IMG/VR virus record: IMGVR_UViG_3300040801_003693
Coordinates: 1 to 64,000 of that record
DNA from: a virus
DNA: 64,000 nucleotides
Direction: 5' to 3' (one strand)
Part shown: positions 1-10,514 of the stretch, piece by piece
Position numbering within the stretch: position 1 is the stretch's first letter
Layout of the letters: every line of letters starts with the position of its first letter
Position numbers and translations under genes: made by a program
The notes under the pieces: generated by a model
What the model was told of the DNA's origin: nothing
Seen by the model: only the letters and a program-made list of their open reading frames with translations
The model's database searches: none

Positions 1-125
1 ACTGTTAATGAAATAATATTTTACATTATCTCCTTGAGTTGCTTCCAATTCCATTTTTAAACTCTTGTATAATCTATTTTGCTTACAAAGTTAATGATTT
101 TTAATTGAGTATTCAAAATACTTTT

Positions 126-608
126 TTAAATCAGAAATTTTTTTGATAAATTAAAGTATTCTATGGTTTCTTTCATACTTACGCTTCTTGTCCTTAATAC
201 TTTATTAACCTTATCTCTGTTAATTTTATTGTCTTTAGTCTGATGCTTATTTATTACCTCACTTAATTTTGAATCAATATAATGTTTGTCGCCGAAAGTT
301 ACACAAAATTTATTCTCTATTATTTTAAATCTAGTAATAAACCGTATTAGATTTAATTGATTTATTCCCTCCTTAAAGATTTTACTAATACTTAATTTTT
401 CTTTATGATCCGTATAAACTTTATAAAATTGTATAGAATAGGGTTTACCAGAAATTAAAAAAGAACTTTGATCATCTTGAGTTTTACAAGTATAAAAAAA
501 GTTTATATCGTAAATTAAAGTCCTATCCGTTTTGTTACATAATTCTTTTCCTTCATTATTCAGATGTAAATATAGAAAATCATCCAAAGAAAATTCTTTA
601 TAATTCAT
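126..608 (-). CDS. hypothetical protein
   Basis: 160-aa ORF overlapping the upstream gene in an operon; no recognised motif. Confidence 0.6.
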   Translation of the reverse strand: MNYKEFSLDDFLYLHLNNEGKELCNKTDRTLIYDINFFYTCKTQDDQSSFLISGKPYSIQFYKVYTDHKEKLSISKIFKEGINQLNLIRFITRFKIIENKFCVTFGDKHYIDSKLSEVINKHQTKDNKINRDKVNKVLRTRSVSMKETIEYFNLSKKFLI

Positions 609-1071
609 TTAACACTGCTCTGTACTTATTTATTCTACTTAGTAACTTAGTAAAAGGTATCTCTCTTATATCTTTTTCCACATCTATATAAAAATGTTTT
701 TCTAAATAAAATATTCCTCTCGGTTTTCTTTTCCCTTCAACTATTTGAAATGGAGAGTTATTATATACAATATTAGGATATTCTATGCTAAATTCTAATT
801 GCTCAAATAAAATTAATACTTCCCAAGAATCTTTATTCTTTAAATCATTTATGATTACTTTAGATACGATGTCATTAAGAAGTTGCGAATACTTTTCATT
901 CAACTTTTTTCCTAAGCTAACTCCTGTAGAATTCATTTGTAGATAGCCTGGATTAGGATAAAGGTCAAAATCCAGGTTAAAGTTTAATTTTAAAAGGCTA
1001 ATTTGTGATTCATCTATTGAATACAAGAATAAAGTTACAGCCTCAACTAGGTGAGTTTTTATTTCAGACAA
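598..1071 (-). CDS. hypothetical protein
   Basis: 157-aa ORF coupled to both neighbours. Confidence 0.6.
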   Translation of the reverse strand: MSEIKTHLVEAVTLFLYSIDESQISLLKLNFNLDFDLYPNPGYLQMNSTGVSLGKKLNEKYSQLLNDIVSKVIINDLKNKDSWEVLILFEQLEFSIEYPNIVYNNSPFQIVEGKRKPRGIFYLEKHFYIDVEKDIREIPFTKLLSRINKYRAVLNEL

Positions 1072-2279
1072 ATAATCTCTCCAGTTTTTTTATATTCATC
1101 GTTTGAATTATAATACTTTATGTCTTCTGTCATCACCCATAAAATTTTACTCCTTGATTCTTCAGGATAAATTCCAAATCCATCTGTAAAATAAACAATT
1201 AATTTACAGTCTTTGTTTAATTCTTTTACAGCAGGTCTGAAGTCAGTTCCTCCTCCTCCTTTCGGCGGGTATTTAGTTGAGATATTCTTTTTAAAACTTT
1301 CTTTAGCCGGAATATTATATATACTTAATACCTCTGCATCACTATACACTAATTTAATAAAAGGTCTAACGCTTTTTTGGATTTTATCTATCTGGGTAAT
1401 AAACTGAGATAAGATTTTACTATCAATAGAACCTGACGTATCTATGACTACTCCTATTTTTGAAATAACTTCTTCTTTCCTTGTCCCAGGAAGAAAAGTT
1501 TTTCCATATAAATCTCCCATTCTCTTACTTGGTCTTTCATAATTACAAATAATTTTGCTTGAACTAACTTCTCCCTTGATTTTTCTTTTTAATAACTGTT
1601 TCCAATCTATTTTTACAGATTCTTTATCTATATCAAAATCTTTAAATATATTTTTAGTTTTTTCATCTGACATCAACTTCCCAAACAATTCAGAATTGTC
1701 TTGATTAATTACGTCCCGTAAATTATTAGGAATATCTTCTTCTTTAAAATACTTATGTGATTCATTCTCCAGAATAATATCCCCTTTTAGAACATCTTTT
1801 TGTTCTTCTCCCTCACCTTCTTTTTTTACAGGGTAATTTTCTTCTTTTAAATATTGGTATAACTTCTCAACATTATATCCTTTTAAAGAGTATATAGTAT
1901 TAAAAAGATTTTCATTTAAAGTTGCCAAATTCATACTACATTTTGGTAGAGTATATCTGATTCCCTTTAAAATTATTTCATTAATAATTACATCGGCAGC
2001 TATATTCCATAATTCCTGCTCCCTTTCCTTTTTTAACTTTCTTGTACAGTGCTGAAGAGCTATGTGCAAAGCTTCATGAATGAGGATTGCTCTTCTTTCT
2101 GTACTTTCAAATTTAAAATATTCTTCACCTACAAAAATAATTTTTCCATTTGTAGCTGCTATTGGAATTTCATTTGTAATTACAATTGGAACCCATAAAA
2201 ACACTGAACTAAATCCTTGATAACTACTAATTATATCAATCTTATCTCTTTGAATTACTTTCTTTTTTCCTGTTAACAT
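1059..2279 (-). CDS. VWA-like domain metallopeptidase (DUF2201 type), MoxR partner
   Basis: AATNG...HEALH zincin motif, WNIAADVIIN, C-terminal VWA MIDAS DTSGS, GGGTDF and YFTDG. Confidence 0.85.
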   Translation of the reverse strand: MLTGKKKVIQRDKIDIISSYQGFSSVFLWVPIVITNEIPIAATNGKIIFVGEEYFKFESTERRAILIHEALHIALQHCTRKLKKEREQELWNIAADVIINEIILKGIRYTLPKCSMNLATLNENLFNTIYSLKGYNVEKLYQYLKEENYPVKKEGEGEEQKDVLKGDIILENESHKYFKEEDIPNNLRDVINQDNSELFGKLMSDEKTKNIFKDFDIDKESVKIDWKQLLKRKIKGEVSSSKIICNYERPSKRMGDLYGKTFLPGTRKEEVISKIGVVIDTSGSIDSKILSQFITQIDKIQKSVRPFIKLVYSDAEVLSIYNIPAKESFKKNISTKYPPKGGGGTDFRPAVKELNKDCKLIVYFTDGFGIYPEESRSKILWVMTEDIKYYNSNDEYKKTGEIICLK

Positions 2280-2355
2280 TTTTTTACTCTGAGTATGTTT
2301 GTGAATAATTTGAAAAGGGAACTACACACATTACAAAAATTCGGCAAAAATATTT

Positions 2356-3456
2356 TTATTGTTCTGACATCTTTAAGTATTTTTGATAGGACTCATTATC
2401 AAAAATACTACCCATTAAACTTAACTTCTTTGGACCTTCCATATTTTTATATTTATTTAACAACATAGATATTCCTAATGTAGTTATTTCCAAACCTTGT
2501 TCGTGTTCCGATTCTCCAATAGCTACCATAATATCTATTACAGCTTCTAAGTTTTCTTCCTCATTAACAAAGTTAACCAAACGATACACAAGACCATAAA
2601 GACCATAAATACTTTTAATACTATTGATAATACCAAGTCTTTTTTTTGAATTGCTTTGAAATAAGACCGTTATATCAGGAGTTTCTTTTAGTTCCTGAAG
2701 AGTATGCACAAATTCGGCGTAGGCTATTTTACCTATCCTACCTCTAATCAAATCTTCAAGTAAAGAAAAGTCGTTTGGATTATCATTACTGTTCAGAAAA
2801 TCAGAAACAGTTTTCCATGACCGGGGAGAAGGAATAATAGTAGATGTGTCCTCTTCTTTTGACTCGACTATTGAACCCTGTGAATCTAAGAACTCTGGCT
2901 TTAATTTTATAAAAGTTAATACTGCTTCATGCAGCTTATTTTTACTAGCCCATTTCAGCCAAGTTTCTACAGAGGAGTCAACAAGGATATGAGTAAATCT
3001 ATCTTTGAGTGCTGCTCCCATCTCAAACAAGTTGTCTAGGTCTTCATTGTAATTTCCGGCTGCTATTACTAACCAGTCTTTTGGAAGAATATAATCGCCA
3101 ATTCTTCGATCTAGAATTAATTGAAATGCAGCCGTTTGTAATCTTTGGTCTGCGTGGGGTAGTTCGTCTAAAAATAGAATTCCCTGACCTTCTGTTGGGA
3201 GAAAATCTGGGGTAAGCCAAGTAGTTGTATGTTGCTCATGATTAAAGAAAGGTAGTCCTTTTAAATCTTCTGGTGCCATTTGACTTAAACGAACATCAAT
3301 TAATTCTATCTTTTGATTTTTGCAAAACTCTTTTACGATTGTAGATTTACCAATACCAGGATTGCCCCAAATAATAGCTGGCTCTTTAGTCTTATATAAA
3401 ATAGGGATAAGCTGCTGTAACTTTTCTGTATTGATTGGATTAGTATTAATTTCCAT
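2356..3456 (-). CDS. MoxR-family AAA+ ATPase
   Basis: Walker A GNPGIGKS, Walker B LFLDE, AAGN, ALKDRF, SPRSW; adjacent to the VWA protein. Confidence 0.9.
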   Translation of the reverse strand: MEINTNPINTEKLQQLIPILYKTKEPAIIWGNPGIGKSTIVKEFCKNQKIELIDVRLSQMAPEDLKGLPFFNHEQHTTTWLTPDFLPTEGQGILFLDELPHADQRLQTAAFQLILDRRIGDYILPKDWLVIAAGNYNEDLDNLFEMGAALKDRFTHILVDSSVETWLKWASKNKLHEAVLTFIKLKPEFLDSQGSIVESKEEDTSTIIPSPRSWKTVSDFLNSNDNPNDFSLLEDLIRGRIGKIAYAEFVHTLQELKETPDITVLFQSNSKKRLGIINSIKSIYGLYGLVYRLVNFVNEEENLEAVIDIMVAIGESEHEQGLEITTLGISMLLNKYKNMEGPKKLSLMGSIFDNESYQKYLKMSEQ

Positions 3457-3489
3457 ATTGTTCTCTTGTGTTTAGTGTTTAGATTGAAT

Positions 3490-3990
3490 TTAGATCCACA
3501 TTTTGTTTAGGCTGTATAGCAACCAATACAAAGTCTCTTCTTTGAAATCTTCGTCTACTTTTCCTTTTTTTATTTCTTCTAACTCTTTAATTATCCCTGT
3601 TGTTGCGGGGGATAATCTTAATGTATCTTCAAATAAAAAGTCATCTTCTTGCTTTTGTAAGAATTGGTTTCCACATTTTAAGTTATTGATTACATAGTTT
3701 TCACTATCTAACCTTGTATAATTGAATAACTTTTTGATTGTTATTCTTTTCTTGATAGTTTCCATTTGATCGGTTTCTAACGGATACCTTCCTATTTCTT
3801 CTTTGTACTTTTCATAACTCTCAACAGGATATACTAATTGTGACAACTGAGCATATTCCTGCGTTGCTCTTTCAAACTTTAGATAGCTAGAATGTTTCTT
3901 GTCGATTTGAAACACTACTCTTATCTGATATATTTCTTGTTTTTTATCACAAGCGTAAATCAAAGTTTTAATCTTACTGCTATTGCTCAT
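3490..3990 (-). CDS. hypothetical protein
   Basis: 166-aa ORF. Confidence 0.6.
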   Translation of the reverse strand: MSNSSKIKTLIYACDKKQEIYQIRVVFQIDKKHSSYLKFERATQEYAQLSQLVYPVESYEKYKEEIGRYPLETDQMETIKKRITIKKLFNYTRLDSENYVINNLKCGNQFLQKQEDDFLFEDTLRLSPATTGIIKELEEIKKGKVDEDFKEETLYWLLYSLNKMWI

Positions 3991-4002
3991 ATATCTATAT
4001 AA

Positions 4003-4051
4003 TAAAATTAATAACGCAGTTAGACATTGCCTTAACCGCGTTATTAATTTT
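4003..4051. terminator. long intergenic hairpin
   Basis: taaaattaataacgc...gcgttattaatttta inverted repeat between two genes. Confidence 0.6.
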
Positions 4052-4433
4052 ATAAGTATTTGTTTATATCTTCTAAAATATTGTCTCGCTCTTGGGATAT
4101 ATCTGTTTGAGAAAAGTTTTCTGCACTCATCGGCTGAACTACAGTAGAAGCAGCGGGGTCAAAGGCAGAAACAAAACTAGATGGTTGAAGCAGGTCGTTG
4201 AACTGTTCTTCCAATTGTTGTTCCTGCTGTGGCTGAGGTGCAGTTGAAAGATAAGCTGTATTGACAGACTGTTTAATAGGAGATAGTTTTATTAACTCTT
4301 GAAATGAATTTTCTTTTCTAATTCCAATTGAATTATAAATTTGGTATATCTCTTTCAATCCTTCTACCAATTCTTTCTCTTCTTCAATTAATTCCTTTAC
4401 CGTCATGTCCTCTACTGATTTCTTCTTACCCAT
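4050..4433 (-). CDS. hypothetical acidic/Gln-rich protein
   Basis: 127-aa ORF overlapping the recA stop. Confidence 0.6.
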   Translation of the reverse strand: MGKKKSVEDMTVKELIEEEKELVEGLKEIYQIYNSIGIRKENSFQELIKLSPIKQSVNTAYLSTAPQPQQEQQLEEQFNDLLQPSSFVSAFDPAASTVVQPMSAENFSQTDISQERDNILEDINKYL

Positions 4434-5436
4434 AATATTTCATTTCCTCTTTTAATTTTGTTAATACTTCTGGATTATTTTCTAACTCTGCTTTTAAGGA
4501 TTGCTCCCCTTGAACTTTTAGATTTTGATATTCGTACCAAGCACCTTTCTTTATAATAATCTCTTTCCTTATCCCCTGGCGAATAATATCTTTTAATATA
4601 TCTATCCCTGCTATCTGAGTCCCATCCTCTGCTGTATAAGGAAATAATATATCTATCTCCGCCGTAGCAAAAGGAATAGCACATTTATTCTTTACTGTTT
4701 TTAATGTACTAACTATTCCTATTTCTTTCCCCGCTTCTTTAATCACCTGCTTACTAATTCTAATAATTACGCTAGACCAATACTTCAATGCGTTCCCTCC
4801 TGTCGGTGATTCAGAAGGTCCGTACATTTGCATTGTCGCTCTCACTTGATTAATTAACACTATAGTACATTTGTTTCTATCTGCATGAACTGCTAATTCC
4901 GGAAGTATTTTTGATAAGTACCTAGCAATTATTGCCATAGTAGATTCATCTACTTTCTTTTCTTGAGTCTCTTTTGGTAATAATCCAGAGATAGAGTCTA
5001 ACACTATTAAATCTACTACTTCCGACTTAACTAAATCTCTAATCGCCTCTAAAGACTCCTCTGCACTACTTGGCTTCAATAACATTAAGTTGTTTACATC
5101 CACTCCGCACATTGAAGCAAACTTCGTATCGTAAGCAGCCTCTGAATCAATCAGCGCACAAATCTTTCCTTGCTCTTGCAATGACTTTATAAACTGAGTG
5201 CTAATTAAAGATTTTCCACTACTCTCTGGTCCATACATTTGTACTATCCTACCCTCTGGTAGTCCTCCACCCAGCATATAATCAATTGAGAAGCATCCTG
5301 TAGAAATAAATCTAATGCTTGCTGGAGTGCTGTTATTATTATTTATTCCATAATAATTATCTCCATACTTTTTTACCATCAAGCTTTCTAACTTTTTTAA
5401 TTTAGAAGCTATGTCTGAATTGTTTTCTTCACTCAT
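4426..5436 (-). CDS. recA: RecA/UvsX recombinase
   Basis: ISTG...LGGGLPEGRI, GPESSGKS, LIVLDS, INQVR, GGNALKY, VKNK. Confidence 0.95.
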   Translation of the reverse strand: MSEENNSDIASKLKKLESLMVKKYGDNYYGINNNNSTPASIRFISTGCFSIDYMLGGGLPEGRIVQMYGPESSGKSLISTQFIKSLQEQGKICALIDSEAAYDTKFASMCGVDVNNLMLLKPSSAEESLEAIRDLVKSEVVDLIVLDSISGLLPKETQEKKVDESTMAIIARYLSKILPELAVHADRNKCTIVLINQVRATMQMYGPSESPTGGNALKYWSSVIIRISKQVIKEAGKEIGIVSTLKTVKNKCAIPFATAEIDILFPYTAEDGTQIAGIDILKDIIRQGIRKEIIIKKGAWYEYQNLKVQGEQSLKAELENNPEVLTKLKEEMKYYG

Positions 5437-5681
5437 AATTTATCTACTTGTTGTATTGAAGAATCATTGTGCAAATCCCAATATTCTAATAACGATAATT
5501 TCTTTATGTATGTTTTTTCATCTACTCCACTTTCTCCTGCCCAATAAAAATAAGTTATTTCATACAACTTTTTAGGAAGTAACTCGTGTAATTTTCTACC
5601 CATCGCAGTAGCAGTTAACTTATCATGCAAATTTATCTGTATATTAAAAATTAAATTACCAACATAATTTTTAATCTTCAT
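5433..5681 (-). CDS. hypothetical protein
   Basis: 82-aa ORF coupled to recA. Confidence 0.55.
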   Translation of the reverse strand: MKIKNYVGNLIFNIQINLHDKLTATAMGRKLHELLPKKLYEITYFYWAGESGVDEKTYIKKLSLLEYWDLHNDSSIQQVDKL

Positions 5682-6237
5682 TATTTATCATTTCCATAAA
5701 ACTTTCTAAACTTAAATTTACGTAACTTCCTTCCTCACTTGAAATTATTCCTATATCTACCCTTTGATTCTTTGCTTTCTCCCATTCTTTTTTTGTTAAT
5801 GAATATATATTCCTATTGTTAAATCTAGTCTTATGTTCTACTCCATAACTAATCCCATTGATTATTACTCTGCCATCACCATCCCCTTTAAACCTTCCAC
5901 TTCCAAAAGTCTGTTCTATGTTGTTACTCTTCAATATTTGTTTTTCTTTCTTCTTTCCTTGGCGATTATATCTTTTTCCAGATAAGTAAGAAGCAGATTC
6001 TTTTTTTATTCTAGAAACTTCTCTTACTGACTGTCTATTTTTATCTTTCAACAAAATAAAACAAGGGTGTTTTTTGTAAGATAATTCTGGACTGCCGTGC
6101 GGATGAGGAACATATAAAAAATCTCTATTGCTTTCTTCTTTTGCTTTACATCGGTTGCACTTTAAATGTTGATTTACACAGTTATTCCTAAAAACTTGCG
6201 GACAATTTACGAACTCTTCTTTGATATCATCAAACAT
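5671..6237 (-). CDS. PD-(D/E)XK nuclease, Holliday-junction-resolvase-like, with N-terminal Cys cluster
   Basis: GSG...GDGD...VEHK catalytic pattern; C-x7-C-x6-CxxC; lies next to recA. Confidence 0.6.
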   Translation of the reverse strand: MFDDIKEEFVNCPQVFRNNCVNQHLKCNRCKAKEESNRDFLYVPHPHGSPELSYKKHPCFILLKDKNRQSVREVSRIKKESASYLSGKRYNRQGKKKEKQILKSNNIEQTFGSGRFKGDGDGRVIINGISYGVEHKTRFNNRNIYSLTKKEWEKAKNQRVDIGIISSEEGSYVNLSLESFMEMINNED

Positions 6238-6260
6238 AATAAATTCTATTTCATATTTAT

Positions 6261-6686
6261 ATGGCTAATTCTATTGACTTCTCTTACGCAATTTCTATTT
6301 CAACTAATTCAACCAGTGGTTCTGCATTAAATAATAAGTTACAAGACAGTACTAATATTACCGATCAAAATCTAAACAATTCTATCTCTGGAGGTCAGGT
6401 ATATAAAACTAATCTTAAACTAGAACCGAACACTTTTAACAGTCTTAACTTAGCTAATTTAGGTATAACATTTATTAAGTCTTTATATATAAAAAGTTCG
6501 GAGTTATTAGAGATTACAATAACTCCAAACTTTGATAATTTTTCTTCCAATCTACTTAATTGTTATAGTACTCTGATAGAATTTGGAGATGATAATAATA
6601 ATGTTTCATCCGTAAATAAGAATATTAAGATAGCTAATAAAGGACAGACTATTAGCGATGTCTATTTGCTTATTGTTGGGATTTAA
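6261..6686 (+). CDS. hypothetical, possibly virion structural protein
   Basis: 141 aa, Asn/Ser/Ile-rich, isolated on the + strand. Confidence 0.5.
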   Translation: MANSIDFSYAISISTNSTSGSALNNKLQDSTNITDQNLNNSISGGQVYKTNLKLEPNTFNSLNLANLGITFIKSLYIKSSELLEITITPNFDNFSSNLLNCYSTLIEFGDDNNNVSSVNKNIKIANKGQTISDVYLLIVGI

Positions 6687-6687
6687 A

Positions 6688-6918
6688 TTACCACTCTTCA
6701 TCTATTACTCCTACATATATTGCTACACTTTTATTATGCAGAGATATTGAATTTGTAAATAACTTCATTCCCGGCTCTACTGAAGTTTTAATCCTAATCT
6801 TCTCGTCTGGATTCAAATTCATTTTGTTTATCTCTTCTATGTCAGAATATATTTTTAAAGGATGATTATAAATATTAACTATTTCAAACTCATAATACTT
6901 CTCAAAGTTGGATTCCAT
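6688..6918 (-). CDS. hypothetical protein
   Basis: 76-aa ORF. Confidence 0.5.
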   Translation of the reverse strand: MESNFEKYYEFEIVNIYNHPLKIYSDIEEINKMNLNPDEKIRIKTSVEPGMKLFTNSISLHNKSVAIYVGVIDEEW

Positions 6919-7297
6919 TTTTATTTATTCTATATAGTTCAGTCAATAACTCTTCCTTAAATATATTATTATTGCTTATCCATTCTTCACAATTAATAAT
7001 ATTAAAATCAATTATAACTATCTCCTTAATAATCTTTATAGGCTGATTGAAATTATCTATGGCAATATTTTTTAATTCGCCTTCATTCATACATCTTTTT
7101 AAAATTATCCAGGGCTGAGTGTTTCTATTCTCAATCGGTGTTACTAGTGAATAAGCGATCGATTTAACAATCGAACTCATGCCTTTTTTTAGTCTTAAAC
7201 AATGTTCTAATTTTAGAAGAGTTAATTCTTTAAAAGGAGGAGGAACAAAGAATCCCCTCTCTAATCCTTTTAAATATAATGGGGATTCTCTTTTCAT
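6902..7297 (-). CDS. hypothetical protein
   Basis: 131-aa ORF. Confidence 0.55.
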   Translation of the reverse strand: MKRESPLYLKGLERGFFVPPPFKELTLLKLEHCLRLKKGMSSIVKSIAYSLVTPIENRNTQPWIILKRCMNEGELKNIAIDNFNQPIKIIKEIVIIDFNIINCEEWISNNNIFKEELLTELYRINKNGIQL

Positions 7298-7318
7298 TAA
7301 TTTTATTTTAAGTTAAGA

Positions 7319-8908
7319 TTAAGACCTATCCAAGAATTCTTCTAGACTATTAGGATTTGGTTTTTTTATCCTGTTTTTTAAGTAGAAAAAGAATAAATTA
7401 GTATCGGCTAATAACTCCAACCATTCATAAACATGAACTCTATAATTGATATGTCCTCCTGGGCGAGTACGTAAATTAATAATGTATTGAAAGTCATCTA
7501 TATCTCCACTAAAAATATATTTAGTACTATGAGCATGAGGAAGCGTATATCTTATATATTCTAACAGTTCATTCTTTTCTAAATACTTAGAGGCTAATTT
7601 ATACCACTCTTTAATCTTTTTATAGGTTTCATCTAAATGATAGCTATACTCTGTTTCTAATTTAGAAGATTCTAAATATTTACATAATATATATTCAGGA
7701 TTTGATATCTCTTTTTCTATATCAAATGAGTTTTCAAATAAAGGAATAAATTTACCTATGCTTCGATGTCTATTTAAATCTTTTAAAGAACCTAAGTCGG
7801 TATATCCTTCAATGTTTATATCTCCACTACACAATAGACTTTTACCCTGTAATCGATCGTCAAAGTTCTCTACTATACATGAAGCAATTTTGTATAATAC
7901 ACTATCAAAATAAGTATAATAATATTCATTACTATATTTGTTAGGATATATTAATTTTAATAATTTTCTAATAACTAAATTAAAATTTCCTTTAACAAGT
8001 CTACAATTAGGCGAATAATTGATAGAGGTTAATACTTTACTATCTAATAAATCTTTATGAAAATATGAAAGTAGTTTTTCTATTACTAAATTTCTGTTGT
8101 TCTTTTCTACATATCTAATCAGTCCCGGACTCTCAGGAATATATCCTTGGTTACTCAAATGTTTATTAGGGTCTGTTAGTATTTCTTGAATAAGAATTGC
8201 TATATCCGCATCTAATTGTTGATCGCTGCTTAGCAGTCTAGAAATTTCCTTACTCCAGTTTCTTGCATTCATTAAAGCTGCTACATTTGTATTAACTCCC
8301 ATTGGAATTAATTGTCTGGTGCAGTCTAATGTTCTACTCTCAATAACTTTTGCATGAATTTCTGTATCTAAATTATACTTTTTAACTAGAAAATCTCTTG
8401 TCGGCAAAATCATTTCTCTGTATTTTGCCATTTGAATATTCATTATGTTTTCATATTTAAGCTCTAAATCTTCTAGAATTTCTTCTTCATTTATTTTAGA
8501 ACTTAATTTCATTACAGGAAATTCGTAATGCTTAAAGTCTTGATATCTTGTACTTCTTTCTTGTCCTGATACTAAATTATTGTTATACCAAAACATTTGA
8601 GCCGTAATCATAGGAATATTCTCTAAACAGAGAAATATATCAGCCATGTCCGCCACACTTGTGTGCCCATACCCATGAAATATATTAGCCAATCTTTCGT
8701 CAGCATTGATATTTTTATCCGATATCTCTTCAGCTATTTCTATAATCGACTTGTCAGAACGAGAATACCTGGCTCCTAAGTATGCTTTAATTGCGGCTGT
8801 TGCTCTAGCTGGATTTTGAAGTAAAGCAAATACTTTATTTCTATTTACATTACTGTCCTCATTTGATACTGAAGCTATGCTTAACTGAGAAATGTAATTG
8901 TACTGCAT
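7319..8908 (-). CDS. thyX: FAD-dependent thymidylate synthase, long tandem-domain ThyX
   Basis: YGHTSVAD, QERSTRY, DLNRHRS, LRTRPGGH motifs. Confidence 0.85.
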   Translation of the reverse strand: MQYNYISQLSIASVSNEDSNVNRNKVFALLQNPARATAAIKAYLGARYSRSDKSIIEIAEEISDKNINADERLANIFHGYGHTSVADMADIFLCLENIPMITAQMFWYNNNLVSGQERSTRYQDFKHYEFPVMKLSSKINEEEILEDLELKYENIMNIQMAKYREMILPTRDFLVKKYNLDTEIHAKVIESRTLDCTRQLIPMGVNTNVAALMNARNWSKEISRLLSSDQQLDADIAILIQEILTDPNKHLSNQGYIPESPGLIRYVEKNNRNLVIEKLLSYFHKDLLDSKVLTSINYSPNCRLVKGNFNLVIRKLLKLIYPNKYSNEYYYTYFDSVLYKIASCIVENFDDRLQGKSLLCSGDINIEGYTDLGSLKDLNRHRSIGKFIPLFENSFDIEKEISNPEYILCKYLESSKLETEYSYHLDETYKKIKEWYKLASKYLEKNELLEYIRYTLPHAHSTKYIFSGDIDDFQYIINLRTRPGGHINYRVHVYEWLELLADTNLFFFYLKNRIKKPNPNSLEEFLDRS

Positions 8909-9063
8909 TTTTATCCTTGTATAAATTTGTTATATATCTTATCACCAATTTACACCAAGTTTAATTTTAACAATAGATGAATGTTTTTCTTTACAAAAAT
9001 AATAATATCTAAATCTTTAAATTTGTATAAATGGGTTTATCTCCCCGGAGGAAGATACTGTGT

Positions 9064-9582
9064 TTAATAGTTCTCTAATAGAGTTTTATATACCTCTATT
9101 AATTTGTCTAAATCAAAATACAGTTCATCGCTATTGTCTGAACATACTCTTTCATCTTCAATATGTTCTAATAGCTTATTAAATACTTGCTGTTTCTGTT
9201 CGGGACTTAATTGTGATACACAATTGCTTTCTAAATAAGTTTTAAATTGTGGCTTATCTGGAAATATATACATTAAGTCATGAGCTTCTTGTACTATATC
9301 CTCAATTGTTTTTCCATCATTCCATTGTCCAAAAGAATAATCCATAAGTTCTTTTGTCAACTGTTCATCAAAGAAAGGAAAATATTCTTGTGCAATGCTT
9401 AGATAATCTTCTTCTGAAAATCCTAAATCATAATATTGACTTACTTCCGTATCTATTATTTCTTTAATAACATCTTCAACTATTTTGTTGCATTCTGAAT
9501 CTTCTATGCTTGGCTTTAACTCTTTTATTAAAAAAGACAATTTGGCTGTGATTGAATTAATAATTTCTGTTTTATTCTTCAT
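9064..9582 (-). CDS. hypothetical, paralog of 10515..11027
   Basis: YDLGFSEEDY...FFDEQLTKELMDY shared with YELGFDVYDY...FFDLELTIELMDY. Confidence 0.7.
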   Translation of the reverse strand: MKNKTEIINSITAKLSFLIKELKPSIEDSECNKIVEDVIKEIIDTEVSQYYDLGFSEEDYLSIAQEYFPFFDEQLTKELMDYSFGQWNDGKTIEDIVQEAHDLMYIFPDKPQFKTYLESNCVSQLSPEQKQQVFNKLLEHIEDERVCSDNSDELYFDLDKLIEVYKTLLENY

Positions 9583-9587
9583 GAAAT

Positions 9588-10118
9588 TTAATCAATGTTG
9601 GATGTAATTAAATTATTAATATCTGTTTGGTCTAATTCCTTTTTGTCCTCTAACTGAATTTTTAATGTGCGCTCTATCTTTTTTAATTCCCCCTCAGTTA
9701 TATCATTTATTCTATAATAATTGTTTAGAATAAATATTATATCTTCCATTGTCCACCGGGGAGAAGAAATATTAACTTCGTTATTATTTAAAATATAATC
9801 AGAAATTATAGAGGTATAAAAACTTTCAATAGAAAGGTTCTTACTCTTTAGATCTTGTAAAATTTTTACGCATTGACTTTTAGAAAGGAATATTCCTCTA
9901 CCCAATGCAAACTTTTGAATATATTCTTCATTAATAATAAAGTTAAAGGTTTCATTTAAAGCTTTAGTTACAATTCTATACAATAAATCTTTAGAAACAA
10001 CGCTTAACTTAAGTTCTTTGTTTAAAGCGGTGGTTATATCTTCAGCCAAGTTGTTATATACTTGCTTTTTTAAACCTATTACTTCGCCAGTTTCTGCTAC
10101 CATAATATCTAGATCCAA
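9588..10118 (-). CDS. hypothetical protein
   Basis: 176-aa ORF. Confidence 0.6.
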   Translation of the reverse strand: MDLDIMVAETGEVIGLKKQVYNNLAEDITTALNKELKLSVVSKDLLYRIVTKALNETFNFIINEEYIQKFALGRGIFLSKSQCVKILQDLKSKNLSIESFYTSIISDYILNNNEVNISSPRWTMEDIIFILNNYYRINDITEGELKKIERTLKIQLEDKKELDQTDINNLITSNID

Positions 10119-10294
10119 GATTCTCCTTTGAGTGATGAGTTCTTCATTAATTCTGAGACTAATTGTTCTCTTGCTAACATAAGCTTAAAAGTACTTTTAG
10201 CAATTTCAATAGCTTGTTCTCTTGAAGCCTTATCTAACTTCTGATTAAAGTCAGCCAGTTGAAATTGCTTTTCTAATGAAAGTTTAGATTCCAT
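10109..10294 (-). CDS. nblA: phycobilisome degradation protein NblA
   Basis: LSLEKQFQL...SREQA...LML...LMK signature in 61 aa. Confidence 0.9.
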   Translation of the reverse strand: MESKLSLEKQFQLADFNQKLDKASREQAIEIAKSTFKLMLAREQLVSELMKNSSLKGESWI

Positions 10295-10342
10295 AATTAA
10301 ATAAATATAGTTGTTACGTAGTTTAGTCTAATGCAAGATCAA

Positions 10343-10492
10343 TTAATCTTCTTCAGTGAATCCTAAATCAAAAATATCCTTAATATGTTTAAATAATAAT
10401 GAATGTATTTCAGCACTATTATCACTGTTGATTAATCCATATTTATTCAGTTCATTATAAATTAATTCCACTGCTTTATCTTTTGTATGCAT
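10343..10492 (-). pseudogene. 49-aa truncated paralog of 10515..11027 (not in ORF track)
   Basis: MHTKDKAVELIYNELNKYGLINSDNSAEIHSLLFKHIKDIFDLGFTEED* aligns with MHIKITAVNKIYQELIKQNLISRENS...IYELGF. Confidence 0.7.
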
Positions 10493-10514
10493 AGTATACG
10501 CTATATAATTTTGT